Made by a program: the position numbers and the translations under genes
Assembly: GCA_951406725.2 (NCBI GenBank)
Contig: OX597831.1
Coordinates: 22,630,001-22,694,000 of the forward strand
Source of the DNA: Octopus vulgaris
Taxonomy: Eukaryota
Length of the DNA: 64,000 bases
Direction of reading: 5' to 3'
Notes under the pieces: model-generated
The model's input: the letters and a program-made list of their open reading frames with translations, nothing else
Databases searched by the model: none
Told to the model about the DNA's origin: nothing
Part shown: positions 40,484 to 54,648 of the stretch, piece by piece
Numbering within the stretch: the first letter of the stretch is position 1
Layout: every line of letters begins with the position of its first letter

Positions 40484-43404
40484 GATTTCAGTTATTTGTC
40501 ATAAGGGCGAGGGATGAGGGGGACAATACAAAGACAGCCATAAAATGGGGTTTTACATATAATGAAATGATAAAAATGTAAGTAAAAGAAGGGTTATAGA
40601 CATAGTATTAATTTTTTTTAATGCATGTGGGGTGTAGAAGTTTAACCCTGATACAGGAGGACCTCGAGGGATAATCGAGGAACCCCACTGTCCGAGATTT
40701 CCCAGAACACCAAGAACATGTCCCCTCTCCAATTCCTTGTTTCCGATTTGCAGGTCCCCACCAAGAGGGGTAACATCTGCTCTTGCCGTTTTCGCAGTTT
40801 TCACCTGAAGGATGTTAAGAAATGAATACATTTGTGGCATGATTTGAACCCAAATCCTGGGCTTCGAAAAAACTTGCTCTAGTATCTCTCAGTGTATATT
40901 AAAAATGATTTATTAGACATATTTCAATTAGTAGGCAACAGCGTTGTTGGTAACAAAGTTATTTCGAGCCAGTCCTTGGTTTACTGTATTTTTTGGTGCT
41001 GAAAGAAACAAAGGAGTGTCTGTAACTCGATGCAGAACAAATACCTCAAGGGACTTAGTTCGTAAAGTACCGATTACAATTTTTTTTTTCTTTCTTTTCT
41101 TTTTTATTTTTAACGTTCTCTCGTCGAATGTTTGTCATCTACACTTCGTAAAGTGTTTCTCACCTTGAAGCCATGCTTCGGAAGACACTTACCAAAGAAT
41201 GTCCCGCTGTGAAATCGAAACTGGAACAGCGAGTTCGTTAACCTCACAAGCACAAACTATTTTATTACGTTTTTTTTTATTGACTTCCTTTTGTTTGCAT
41301 TATTTTTTTTAAACTTTTTTTTTTCAATCTAAAAATACGAAATAACAAAGAATTATGTTTAGTGAGGCATTTTGGCAAAAGAATCACCAAATCTCCAGAC
41401 ACTGCAAACACCAATGTATTGAAATGATAATACTACAACGTATAAACAAAATAAATGAAATCTTTGGGCCTGATTTAACTTATTTTTTGTTTATCTTCTG
41501 TTTTACTTATTATTTTCCGCTTTGTTTTGTCTTGGGAAATCCTCTCCTTTTATATATTTTCATATCAGCTCATGAATTTTTCGCTTTCTTTAATCTCTCT
41601 GATTGACACCGCGGTCTCTTCACACACCACGCGTCTTCTTTCCTCATAGATATACACATATACGCGCGCACACACAGAGACATATATACATACGCACAAA
41701 CCACACACGTACTACACACAAAACACACACACACACACACAAATACAAACACACACAGACACTCCTCCCACACAAATACACACTCCCCGCACACACACAC
41801 AAACAAAAACACATACACAATCACACACAAATACATACACATATAATCTCATACACGCAAAGATGTAGATATTCACGCACATACAAATATATATATATAT
41901 ATACGCACACACTCCATACTCACATACATACACCATACACAGGTACACATACATACACATAGAGACAGGCATACATATACTCACGTACAAACATACACGC
42001 ACTCATATACATTCACACACGTTCCCACATACACACACTTTCACTCACACATAGAAACACACTCACCCACACATACACACACGCATAGACGCACACATAC
42101 ACTCACACACATCCACACATCTCCATACGCACATAGTAACACACACACTCACACGGACACATGTACTTGAACACACACAAACACAGACTGACACACTGAC
42201 ACACACACACTCACTTACATATATATACATATTGACACACATACACACTCATACATATCCACACGCGCAGGCATTCGCATACTCGCACACACGCAAAACA
42301 AAAACAACACACTCACACATAGACATACATATGCACTCTAACACACACATTTACAGACAGACGTGTAAACACTCTCACACACATACGCACATATGAACTC
42401 AAGCACCTACTCACACATACATACACGTATACATACAAACACACATATATACATACACAAACACACATATATACATACACACATACATACATACATACAT
42501 ACATACATATGCACACATACATACACACATACATACACACAAACACATAGACAGATATACACATATATACATACATACATACATACACATACATGCATAC
42601 ATACGTACACATACATACAAGCACACATACATACACACACACATACATACATAAACATACATACATACACACATACATACACATACACACATACATTCAT
42701 ACATGTACACATACACACACACATACATACGTACGTACATACATACATACATACACACATACATACACACATACATACATACACACATACACATATACAT
42801 ACATGCATACACACATACACATATACATACAGGCATTCACACATACATACATATAGATGCACATTTCAACTTACACATATACACACACACTCACACATAC
42901 ACACCCATGCATGCATTTACATACGCACGCATACACACATACACAAACACACAATGACAGTAATGTTTTTGCTCTACCACTTCTGACTTCCGCTGATTAT
43001 AACCCCGAGCCAACGAGGGAGTCTTGATATGGTCTTTTAATTAGCTACAAAGAGAAATCATTATCTCCCTCAAATAACAATACCCGTCGTCTCAGAAAAT
43101 GCCACATCAGTTAATGGGGTTGTGAGTTCTCAGCATATCGATAAAAGTTGTGTTGGTCATAGCTGGAAAGCCTATGATCGAAATTTACTTGATCAGAGTG
43201 GACCTGGTGCTAAACAACAACAACAACATCTGTAACATCTGTACATTCTATTACAAAAGCAATGACTGCCACAAAACTAAAACCGTCCACGATCCAATCT
43301 AAAAAGGCCTCTAAGAAAGGCCAGCAGCGAGTTCGGGGGCGGTATGTATTTTGTCGTTCGCGAAAAGACGAACAGGAAAGTCATCAGCGGTAGGATTTGA
43401 ACTC

Positions 43405-43826
43405 TGAGTTCAAATTCCGCCGAGGTCGACTTTGCCTTTCATCCTTTCTGGGTCGACTAAATAAGAACCAGCTACGCAGTGGGATCGATATAATCGACTT
43501 AATTCGTTTGTCTGTCCTTGTTTGTCCCTTCTGTGTTTAGCCCCTTGTAGGTAGTAAAGAAATAGATATTTCGTCTGCCGTTACGTTCCGAGTTCAAATT
43601 CCGCCGAAGTCGACTTTGCCTTTCATCCTTTCGGGGTCGACTAAATAAGAACCAGCTACGCAGTGGGATCGATATAATCGACTTAATCCGTTTGTCTGTC
43701 CTTGTTTGTCCCTTCTGTGTTTAGCCCCTTGTAGGTAGTAAAGAAATAGATATTTCGACTGCCGTTACGTTCCGAGTTCAAATTCCGCCGAGGTCGACTT
43801 TGCCTTTCATCCTTTCGGGGTCGATT
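43405..43826 (+). mobile_element. SINE family B body in ~2.3 tandem 184-bp units
   Basis: GAAATAGA|TATTTCG junctions at 43567 and 43751. Confidence 0.9.
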
Positions 43827-43989
43827 AAATATTATTGGAAGAGGTTGTGGTGTCAATAGTAATACTAATAATAATAGTGGTGTGACGGCGGCAGCGGTGG
43901 TAGTGTTGACTACTACTACTATTACTACTACTACTATCACCATCATCACCACCACTACAAGTTGTTGTAGCAACGGCAGTGGTGGTAGT

Positions 43990-44033
<44 letters not shown>

Positions 44034-44239
44034 CAAAAGCCGTAGAAACCACGACCATCACCCCACCTTGTCTTTCAGTTCATAATAATTTATCACGGAT
44101 ACTGGCCATGGCTTTAAAATGCATCCAGTCGTGGGGCTCTGGTCCCGGACTTCCTGCGTTTCGAGGAGTGTGTCTATTCTGACCCATAGCAGTAGCATTT
44201 CTCAGGGTCCTACCTAAGTGTAAATAAACATATTAGGAC

Positions 44240-44733
<494 letters not shown>

Positions 44734-45495
44734 TGATGATAATTTTAAATGATTGACTTAATTCTTCACGAAGGTAAATAGATAACGTGAAGAGCGTGAT
44801 GAGATTGCAATAGATATTTTATCGGTTGAGCGATATTTCGACGGTTAGCCTGTCTGTGTTGTGTTCAAAAGGAAAAGTGGTTCATAAGAAATTCAAAATA
44901 TTAAAAAACAGCAGAAAGACCGCCCTCTGGGCGTTTTTCTGCTAGCCACTTGATAATATTTTCAGATTTGATTCCCAATTCTAATTACTTTTATGATATG
45001 TTATGTCTAATTATTTCTTTGTACAATAGTGTACACTTGTTTAGTAAATATTATTTTCCTTATTTTATCACGGTCATAATCTCTCTTTTTTTAAACAAAC
45101 ATCAATTTAAACCAACTACGTTTAGTTTTTAAAATATAGCAGCGATTACATAAATATATATTTAATACCTCTAACGTTTCAAATAGCCATAGCAACAAAT
45201 TCCCTAGATAATTCTTAGATAACAACGAAAAGAAATAAGTCACATGAGTTGGAAGCTTCAGTAGGTTGCCTAATATAAACAGTAAACTGAAGGCGTTTAC
45301 ACAGTAAATCTAAGTCAACAAAATATCTAATTTCCTCATCTGAAATGACGAAATAAAACTTGAAATGAAAAAATTGTAAGGAATATATATAATAAGTAAA
45401 TTATTATTGATGAAAACAATTAGAGTGAGTGAGAGACTGTGTTGCAAATGAAAACGAAAAATTTCGCCGGAACATATTATTGTTTATCAAATGTT

Positions 45496-45664
45496 AGGAG
45501 TAGCTGTGTGGTAAGTAGCTTGCTGACCAACCACTTGGTCCCGGGTTCAATCCCACTGTGTGGCACTTTGGGCAAGTGTCTTTTACTATAGCCTCGGGCC
45601 GACCAAAGCCTTGTGAGTAGATTTGGTAGACGGAAACTGGAAGAAGCCCGTCGTTTCTGTATAC

Positions 45665-45703
<39 letters not shown>

Positions 45704-45973
45704 TGTGTGTGTGTATGTGTGTGCGTGTGTGTTTGTGTGTGTATGTGTGTGAGTGTTTGTGTGCTTGTTTTTCTCCCCAGCATCGCTTGACAATCGATGC
45801 CGATGTGTTTACGTCTCCATAACTTAGCGGTTCGGCAAAAGAGGCTGATGGAATAAGTACTAGGCTGACAAAGAATAAGCTCTGGGGTCGATTTGCTCGA
45901 CTATAAACGCGGTGCTCCAGCATAGCCGCAGTCACATGACTGAAACAAGTAAAAGAGTAAAGAGTAAAAGAGT
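45496..45973 (+). mobile_element. SINE family A, full length
   Basis: Head to (AAAAGAGT)n tail. Confidence 0.9.
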
Positions 45974-46357
45974 ATCTACTCTACAGTGAACGCAAAGCTT
46001 AGCAACGAATATTTAATTTTGTGATATTTAATAATAACAGACGTTTTGAAACTGCCTTTTTATCGATACATATTAAGCGGAATTTATAAAAAATTATCCA
46101 GAAAGTCAAACCTATAAAAGCTCGTTAAAAACTTTCTTGTACCGAATATTTAAATTTGTGAACTTGAAATATTCACTAATAAAAGGAAGTTTAATAAGTA
46201 AATTTAACGGAAAACTTGCATTTATAAAAAAATCTCACTTGTTTAGTAAATATTTCTTTCAATATTTTATTGTGTGGTTGTAATATATCTCTAATTTAAA
46301 CAAACTTCAAGGTAACGCAACTACGTTTGGCGTGCAAGAAATAGCAGTGATTACATA

Positions 46358-46720
46358 TTGCAAGAAATAGCAGTGACTTCAAATTTGCCGTCAAGATGTA
46401 GGACAAGATACTGTGATAGCCTGGGCTTCAGAGGCCCACAGCTCTTCAATATCCTCCCGAAGAACCTAAGAGACCTGCATGTGGTGGATGCAGATGTCTT
46501 TAAAATGAAACTGGATCTCTTCTTGTCAGGTGTCGCAGATGAACCAACTTCACGGCAGGAGGTGCAGAGGAGGGCAGCTGCATCGAACTCTCTCATGCAC
46601 CAGATAGCATTTGCTAAAAAGCATTCGTGAAGTAAAATCATGTAGCAACACCAAATGGCGGTGCCCCAGCATGGCCACAGCTTGTGAGCTGAAACTAAAT
46701 AAAATAAAAAATATAAAAAA
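46358..46720 (+). mobile_element. 5'-truncated CR1/L2-group LINE 3' end
   Basis: SLGFRGPQLFNILPKNLRDL..DVFKMKLDLFLSGVADEP typical of post-RT C-termini; 3'UTR GGCGGTGCCCCAGCATGGCCACAGC..TGAAAC and A-rich tail; clade assignment approximate. Confidence 0.75.
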
Positions 46721-47094
46721 ATAATAATAAAAAATAAATAAAAAAAGTTATTATTGTATGGCTAATAGCGTTCCAAACAGCTATACCAACAAAATCCTTT
46801 CTTTATTAAAAGAAATATACACCGGTATATAAAATAAATTTTCATTTTTCAAAAATATTCATTTAACAAACTCCGGAAACTGATATTATTCTTGAAATTG
46901 TGCCTCGTATCATAAGCCTCAGAGTTATACAGCTAAATCTGTGGTCTAACAACATTTATTCAATAAATGTTTTTTCACATTCCGTATATAGAATAAACTG
47001 GGTTTTGCAAATAGTGATTTAAAACTTGAAATGAAACATTGAAATTAATATATATTAAATTATCATTAATGGAAATAGAGGTGAGAGAGTGTTG

Positions 47095-48135
47095 CGTCAT
47101 GAAGACATTAGCGAAATTAAGTGTCATGAAGGTACCCATAGCGCAACCCTTCGCCTGCTGGTAAAATTTTTGCCCAAATTTCATTGTGTTACTTTGTAAC
47201 ACAAACCTCAATAGCCCACAGAGAAAATTAGTTTTTCGAAAGCATTTATTACCAAAAAAAAAACAGTTTTCGACATGGCCTCGGTGCTTAAAAATGTTGT
47301 TGAATTTAGACACAAAATCAAAAGTATCCCTAATATAGGAACTTGATTTTTTGCGACAGAGAATAGAAAGCGATCCAGCCACTCCGAAAATTTGGCTATA
47401 CAACATTCATATGAGCTGTAAATTGGGCGCATTGGTGGGAAGCTTTTGGACTTTTTGTGTATTTTGGGGAGACCACAAAACGCAGGTGTTCTTTCTGACC
47501 GTAAAATCCTGGATTCGGTCTTATTAATGAAATTATTTTCTTCCATTTCCAGAATTATTTTATCAGGTTCCTCTCTGTAATTGAGGTTTTTATCGATAGG
47601 TAATTCTTCGTATGAAGTTTTGTCACTGAAAACTTCTTCACAAGCAGAATATACTCATTTTTGCCCATAACTACAACAGCGTCTCCCTTATCCGCCATTT
47701 TAATAACAATATAATCCTTATTAGCAAGACGGTGGAGTGCGTAATGTTGGAAAACTGTGAGGTTATTCCAGGATTTCTTTTCGCTTGTTTTAAGGCTTTC
47801 CCTAATGCCTGTCTCACAAGATTCAAGAAATTCCAGTGGTGCCGGGAACGTCCATCCCGAACGTTATCTGGATTCCAATTGGGTTTCTTTTTAATCCAGT
47901 TATACCAGATTCAATCATCATCATTTTTATTTTCAGTAAACATTGAGTTTTCTTTCTCGTCATTATGATTTTTCCAAAAAAATATTCTTTCGGCGGACAA
48001 ACTGAGATAGCCTTTGAACTAGTTTATTCTTGTCGAAATTCTTAGTGCTTGGGCAGTAACTCAGTCCAGGCTTCAAGGCAGAGACATCGTCTGGTGAAAG
48101 TTTTGGTATAGATAAATTTATGACCGACCTATTCT
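47095..48135 (-). pseudogene. Decayed Penelope-like reverse transcriptase, N-terminal half
   Basis: VINLS..LSPDDVSALKPGLSYCPS; IVIKMADKGDAVVVM; RTPAFCGLPKIHKK..PPMRPI; YIRDTFDFV; FYQQAKGCAMGT..NFANVFM; truncated before YxDD. Confidence 0.9.
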
Positions 48136-48394
48136 CTAGTGTGAAGTATATTCTTGGGCAAGTGTTTTTTAGTGTCTTACTCTCATTAGATTCCTGACTA
48201 CCTATTGGGCTTTGCTCGAAATATTCACTTAAAACATGGAACCTACTGGGTTATAAAAATTGTTCTGAATGTTCATATAATTTTTAGTCGTCTTTCTAGG
48301 AGTAATCCAGGAGTAATCCATTTCTGGGTGGGTGATGGAAAGTGAGTGACATCTGCGGTTTTTGTAGACATTTGAAAAACATTTACTTTCGAGA

Positions 48395-48693
48395 AAGGAA
48401 CAAATTTATTGTTTTCGGGGCAAAATCTTAAATGTGCTCACATTTTTGACTGATCAAATAAAAACTTCTCCGGAGCGTTTCGAATGACCAGTTCAAATGC
48501 GTACGCCAGGGCAAAAAGACCACAATCAGATGCGCCTACTTGGGGATTAGTAATATGAACTTGTTGAACTGTAGGGATTATGTTTGTTTACGGTGAGTGC
48601 AGCGTTGTTGTTTGTGCTGTTAGTTCTTGTGGTACTGGTAAGCTCAGACTGTCATAAACATAAAAATCTTCGAAAAAATTGGTGGAGAAACCA
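48395..48693 (-). pseudogene. Ulp1/SENP-like (peptidase C48) cysteine protease fragment
   Basis: One frame: YVYDSLS..PQVGASDCGLFALAYAFEL..PEKFLFDQSKM*AHLRFC..FVPF; VYDS and Q-x4-DCG motifs; two stops; His region cut off by (TAA)n/SINE. Confidence 0.75.
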
Positions 48694-48717
48694 AAATAAT
48701 AATAATAATAATAATAA

Positions 48718-48930
48718 TTTCAAAATTTTGTCACAAGGGCAACAATTTAGGGGTAGAGGATGAGTCGATTACATCGTTCCCAGTGTTCGACTGGTACTTA
48801 TTTTATGAAACTCAAAAGGATGAAAGGCAAAGCTGACTTCGGCGAAATTTGAACTCAGAACGTAGCGACGGGTGAAATACCGACAAGCGTTTCGTTCAGC
48901 GTGCGGACGATTCTCCCAGTTCGCTGCATT
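48718..48930 (-). mobile_element. SINE family B variant
   Basis: aaggatgaaaggcaaag..atttgaactcagaacgta. Confidence 0.75.
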
Positions 48931-48944
48931 ATATAATAACAATG

Positions 48945-49089
<145 letters not shown>

Positions 49090-50129
49090 TAATAATAATA
49101 ATAATAATAATAATAATAGTGATGACGTTACGATTGTATCATAACGTATGATATCTTTCCGAATCCATCAACTTGATAGTTGTGCGTCTGTATAAGAGAT
49201 AGCAGGGATGAGGGGAGGGACGGCGAACATATGGCTGGCTGGCTGGTTGGCTGGCTGGTTATGTGTGGTAACGGTGGTGGTTTTGGTGGAGGTGGTGGTG
49301 GAGGTGTTGATGATGGTGGTGGTGGTGGTGGTGGTGGAGATGGTGTGTATATGGTGGTGGTGGTGCTGGTGATTGTAGTGGTGGTTGTGGTAATGGCATG
49401 TGGTGTTGGTGTTGGTTGATGTGGTCAAGGTGGTTGTCCTGGCGATGATGTGTGGTGGTAGTGCTGCTGGTGGTGGTGGTGGAGATTGTGGTTGTGGTTG
49501 TGGTGGTTGTCGTGGTGTTGGTGGCGGTGGTAGTGGTGCTTGTGGTTGTCATGGTGGTGGAGATGGGTAAAAGATGAGGTGAGAAGTTGCTGCGTTGATA
49601 AAGAATCTGCTTGGATATTTTTCTTCTTTTTTTGTCTTTATGGCAAATTGAAAATCAAATGAGATATTCTTGTAATGATGCAGATATGAAGAATTTGAAT
49701 TAAGCGCGTGTGTGTGTGTGTATGCGCATATATGTGTGTATGCGAAAGAGAGATAGAAAGATAGAGAAAGAGAGAGAAACAGTCAGAGAGGAAAGAAATT
49801 AATGGATAATGTTTTGACAGGCTTTGATAATAATTAATAATAATAATAATATTCAAGGAAAACACATGACCTTCCTGTCATAAACTTGTGACTCTTGTTT
49901 GAAATAATTCTTTGGTGATTCACACTAAAATTTGCCTTTTAATTAGAGATTTCAGCTCGGGTGGCTTGTATGGTCAAGTTGAAAGGTGCAAGTGGGACCA
50001 ATAATGTCAGAAGTAGTAGTAGTAGCAGCAGCAGTAGCAGATGCAGTAGTAGTAGTAGTAGTAGTAGTTGTTGTAGTAGTAGTAGTTGTTGTTGTTGTTG
50101 TAGTAGTAGTAGTAGCAGCAGTAGTAGTG

Positions 50130-50168
<39 letters not shown>

Positions 50169-50291
50169 ACAACAGCATCAACAGTAATAGTTGTAGTAGT
50201 AGTAGAAGTAGTAGTAGCAGCAGCAGTAGTAGTAGTTGTAGTTGCAGCAGCAGTAGTAGCAGTAGTAGTACTAGTAGTAGTAGTAATGGTC

Positions 50292-50338
<47 letters not shown>

Positions 50339-50398
50339 TATAGTAGTAGTTGTAGTAGTAGTAGTTGTAGTAGTAGTAGTTGTAGTAGTAGTAATTGT

Positions 50399-50433
<35 letters not shown>

Positions 50434-50454
50434 CAGTAGTAATGGTGGTAGTCA

Positions 50455-50485
<31 letters not shown>

Positions 50486-50530
50486 TATAGTAGTAGTTGT
50501 AGTAGTAGTAGTTGTAGTAGTAGTAATTGT

Positions 50531-50568
<38 letters not shown>

Positions 50569-50589
50569 CAGTAGTAATGGTGGTAGTCA

Positions 50590-50624
<35 letters not shown>

Positions 50625-50828
50625 ATTTCAGATTCTGTCACGAGGCTAGCAAATTGGAGGGTGTGTGTGTGTGTGTGTGTGTGTGGGGCGCCAGTTCGTA
50701 CTTGACTGGGAAAGGATGAAAGGCAAAGGTCGACCTCGGTGCAATTTGAACTCAGAAACATAAAGACGGACGAAATGCCGCTAAGCATTTTGACCGGCAT
50801 TCAAACGATTCTGCTGGCTTGTCGCCTT
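50625..50828 (-). mobile_element. SINE family B variant
   Basis: Core and head motifs. Confidence 0.7.
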
Positions 50829-51049
50829 GGTAGCAGGAGTAGGACTGCTGCTGGCGGTGGTAGTGGTGGTGGTGGTGGTGGTGGTGTCAGTGGTAATAGT
50901 AATAGTGGTAGTGGTGTAGTGGTGCCGGCGGCGGCGGTGGTAGTGGTTGTGGTTGTGTTTGTGGAATCCTTAAACCAGCAACAATGATGATGATGATGAT
51001 AACGATGACGATGACGACGACTGTGGTGATGACGATGATGATGATGATG

Positions 51050-51490
51050 GTCGTGGTGGTAGTGGTGGTGGTGGTGGTGGCAATGGTGGTGGTGGCAGTG
51101 GTGGTGATGATGATGATGATGATTTAGTGGTGGTGGTGATAGCGGCAGAGGTGGTAGTGATGATGGTGATGGTGGTGACGATGAGGACGATGATGATGAT
51201 GGCGGTGGTGTTGTTGGTGGTGGTAGTGGTGGTTATGATGATGATGATGTAGTGATGGTGGTGGTAGTGGTGGTGGTGGTGGTGGCAATGGTGGTGGTGG
51301 CAGTGGTGGTGATGATGATGATGATGATTTAGTGGTGGTGGTGATAGCGGCAGAGGTGGTAGTGATGATGGTGATGGTGGTGACGATGAGGACGATGATG
51401 ATGATGGCGGTGGTGTTGTTGGTGGTGGTAGTGGTGGTTATGATGATGATGATGTAGTGATGGTGGTGGTAGTGGTGGTGGTGGTGGTGG
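51050..51490. repeat. 205-bp tandem duplication inside a (GGT/GAT)n tract
   Basis: GATTTAGTGG..GATAGCGGCAGAGG at 51121 and 51326. Confidence 0.85.
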
Positions 51491-52426
51491 TGGTGATGAT
51501 GATGATGATGATGGTATTGCTGGTGACGATTATGGTGGTGGTGGTAGTGGTGGAGGTGGTTGTGATCATGATGATGATGATGGTCATAAGTCCTCACACT
51601 GATGTGAATGCGCAATGAGCTAGACACAAAGTGTCACAAAAATAGCAAGAATCAATCAGCTGGACACCCTCCTCCATCCTCCTCTTCCTCCCCCTCCCCC
51701 TCCCCCTCCTCCTCCTCTAGAATTCTGCTAGACAATATCGATACACTTCAGACTAACACTCGCCACAATCTACCACTTCGTACTAACGCAAATACCGCAC
51801 CAGCCAATGAAGGGGTCGTTATGTGGACGCTTGACATGCTAGATATAGTAGCCAAAGCTTTCTCAGATCACACCCTGCCGTTTTAGAGTAGGACAATATT
51901 TCATTTTCTTTTTTAAGTCAGGGCTCAGGACTCCTTCTAGGAAAGCGAGAGAAAGGAATCCTTAAACCAGAAACTTGACCAAAATGCTTCATTTATAGCG
52001 GGTTCCTTTGAAGCATTCAACATATTGGGTGGTGGTGGTGTTAAAGCAAGCGAGGGAGTCAGCTCCCCCACTCAATCTTGTCGGCCATAATGGAGTTTGA
52101 GATCAGAAGCTTTGCTGAATGATACGGCCCTGGGGTCGTGACACCTAGGGAAAAAATTATCGCTTGTCACAGATGGAATGCTTGATGATAGATGATCTTG
52201 GGTTAAACCAGACCCATCGTAACAGCTTTTTAGGCCCCGGGTAAATCAATGTACAGGGCCTTATAATATTTTTTCATAGACACCTGTCTATAACAGACAT
52301 GGTTCAGAATAGGGCCATTTGACTAGTGAGAACCCTCAGACTAGTGAGGCCCCTTAGACCAGTGATGGGCTTTGGGTAATTTCCCAGTGTTTCGATATCT
52401 TCACATTGTACGGGGTTAGACAACAA

Positions 52427-52908
52427 GTATAATAATAATGGAAGTCTGTCGGGGTTCGACAATGACATCAGTGACGCCGGAGGTGGGAGCAGAACCCAAA
52501 GGTGGACGCGCAGCGGCCACATGTTGGGCACGTAACATCAGAAGTAGGGTTGGGGATCCTCTCTTTTCGGGCTTGTCGCTTCTGGTCCAGGCTCTTAAGG
52601 GGCTTTTCCTCGAACAGCCTAACACCCTTTTGGACAGCTGGACGCCAGGCGTCGCGGTCAGAGGTAAGCGATTCCCAACCACGTGCTGAAATGCCGCAGG
52701 CCTCAAGGGAAGTTTTCAGGCTGTCTTTGTATCGCCTCAGTGGCCTTCCAGGGTTTCTTGCTCTAGAGCCAGATCATCTTTGGTAGACGCTCGTCGTCCA
52801 TTCGGACTACATGTCCGACCCACCTCAGCTGGGCCTTCATGATGAGGGCTCCGATCCCGGGCATTTCGGCTCTGCAAAGCACCTCAGCGTTGGAGACTCT
52901 GTCCTCTG
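52427..52908 (-). mobile_element. RTE-clade LINE 3' fragment
   Basis: RVSNAEVL..QLRWVGHVVRMDDERLPK..GRPLRRYKDSLK..WESLTSDRDAWR..CPTCGRCAS..SHLRRH*, short UTR and (TTA)n tail. Confidence 0.9.
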
Positions 52909-53301
52909 AGGACAACAAGTCATAATAGCACAAACCTCATAAACCAGTAAAGTCCTGAAGCGGACATTTAATCAACAAGAAAACAACTGTCAGACATTCA
53001 TAAACATAATCATAGCACTTTGAGGTTTGTTTTTCCTTTCAATCTTTATGATTCTGTGTCGGTCTGGAGATCAAACGAATGATGACTGCTGCATTTCACA
53101 TGGAAAATATGGAATTATTGGTGCGCTTCACAAAGGAGTTTTAAAACTAAAACCGTTTTAGAGTTTAAAATTATGAGAAATATAGAAATCTATCGATTAC
53201 CATTTTTTAATTAATCATTTTTGTGTATAACAAAATAATGAATCGCAGTTTTTTTTTCCAAGACACTCAAAAGTTTTGTGCGGCATTTCTAAAGACTTAA
53301 A

Positions 53302-53374
<73 letters not shown>

Positions 53375-53458
53375 CAGTGGTGTACTTATTTACCCCTTGT
53401 GGCGTAAGGGACAGTCACCACTTTAGAGGTTTAAAAATAGATAATATAAAATAAAATG

Positions 53459-53700
53459 TGGAGACGCAATGGTCCAGTGGTTAGGGCAGCGGACTTGTGG
53501 TCGGAGGTTTGCGGTTTCGATTCCCAGACCGGGCCTTGTGTGTGTTTATTGAGCGAAAACAACTAAAAGCTCCACGAGGCTCCGGAAGCGGGGGACGATG
53601 GACTGGCGTCCCCTCCAACTGAAGGGAACACATACGCCATAGAAACCGGGAAACCGGGCCCATGAGCCTCGCTAGGCTTGAAAAGGGTGCATACATAAAA
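53459..53700 (+). mobile_element. tRNA-like SINE family C
   Basis: A/B boxes, shared body with 32742-32870, A-rich tail. Confidence 0.8.
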
Positions 53701-53896
53701 AAAAACATTTCTGTATGTCATATTTAAAGTAGATATATTGATGGAAGCCTGGAAGCAGCGGTATTTATCTCGAGAAAGCATCTCGTAGATGCATAGTGTT
53801 TAAAAAAACAGAAATACGTGTAAGGTAAAGAATACTATTTTGAAATGATGTTGCTGCAACGTTAATATATCAAATTTTTACAAAACCAGCCGGATA

Positions 53897-54106
53897 TTCT
53901 TTTCTACTCTAGGCACAAGGCCCAAAATTTTGGGGGAAGGGGCCAGTCGATTAGATCGACGCCAGGACGCAACTGGTACTTAATTTATCGACCCCGAAAG
54001 GATGAAAAGCAAAGTCGACCTCGGCGGAATTTGAACTCAGAACGTAAAGACGGAGGAAATACCACCAAGCTCGACGTGCTAACGATTCTGCCAGCTCACT
54101 GCCTTC
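53897..54106 (-). mobile_element. SINE family B variant (CCTAGAGTAGAAAAG tail)
   Basis: Same tail as 58830-59038. Confidence 0.85.
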
Positions 54107-54159
54107 CAAGCCAGCCGGATATTAGCGACACAAGTGACTTGCTAACCACTGTCGTATTT

Positions 54160-54600
54160 GTGTGGTACGAAGCTTGCTTTCCAACCACATGGCTCCGAGT
54201 TCAGGCTCACTGCGTAGCACCTTGGACAAGTGCCTTGTATTATAACCTCGAGCCGACCAAGCTGAAAGACCGTCTTATATATGTATCTATATATATATAT
54301 ATATATGTGTGTGTGTATTATGTATGTATGTATATATATGTATATATATCTGTGTGTGTCCGTGTCCATGTTTGTGTCTTTCTGTCAGTATTTGTCTAAC
54401 CACCACCACTTGACAACTCTGTTGTTGGTGTGTTTAGGTTCCCGTAACGTAGCGGTTCGGCAACAGACACCGTCAAAATGAGTATTGGACTTAAAGAATA
54501 AGTACTGGCGGGATCGATAGACTCGGCAAAAAACTTCTTCAAGGCAGTGCCCCAGCATGGCCGCAGTCTATTGACTGACACAAGTAAAAGATAAAAGATA
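54160..54600 (+). mobile_element. SINE family A (diverged)
   Basis: Head remnants and tail gcagtgccccagcatggccgcagtc. Confidence 0.75.
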
Positions 54601-54648
54601 CAGATCTGTATTGGCTGAGTTGTCTTGGCCTGCAGTACGTGCGGCTGC

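Noticed and set aside
40553-40840. 95-aa ORF or possible retroelement 3' end
   Set aside because: No motif I can assign with confidence
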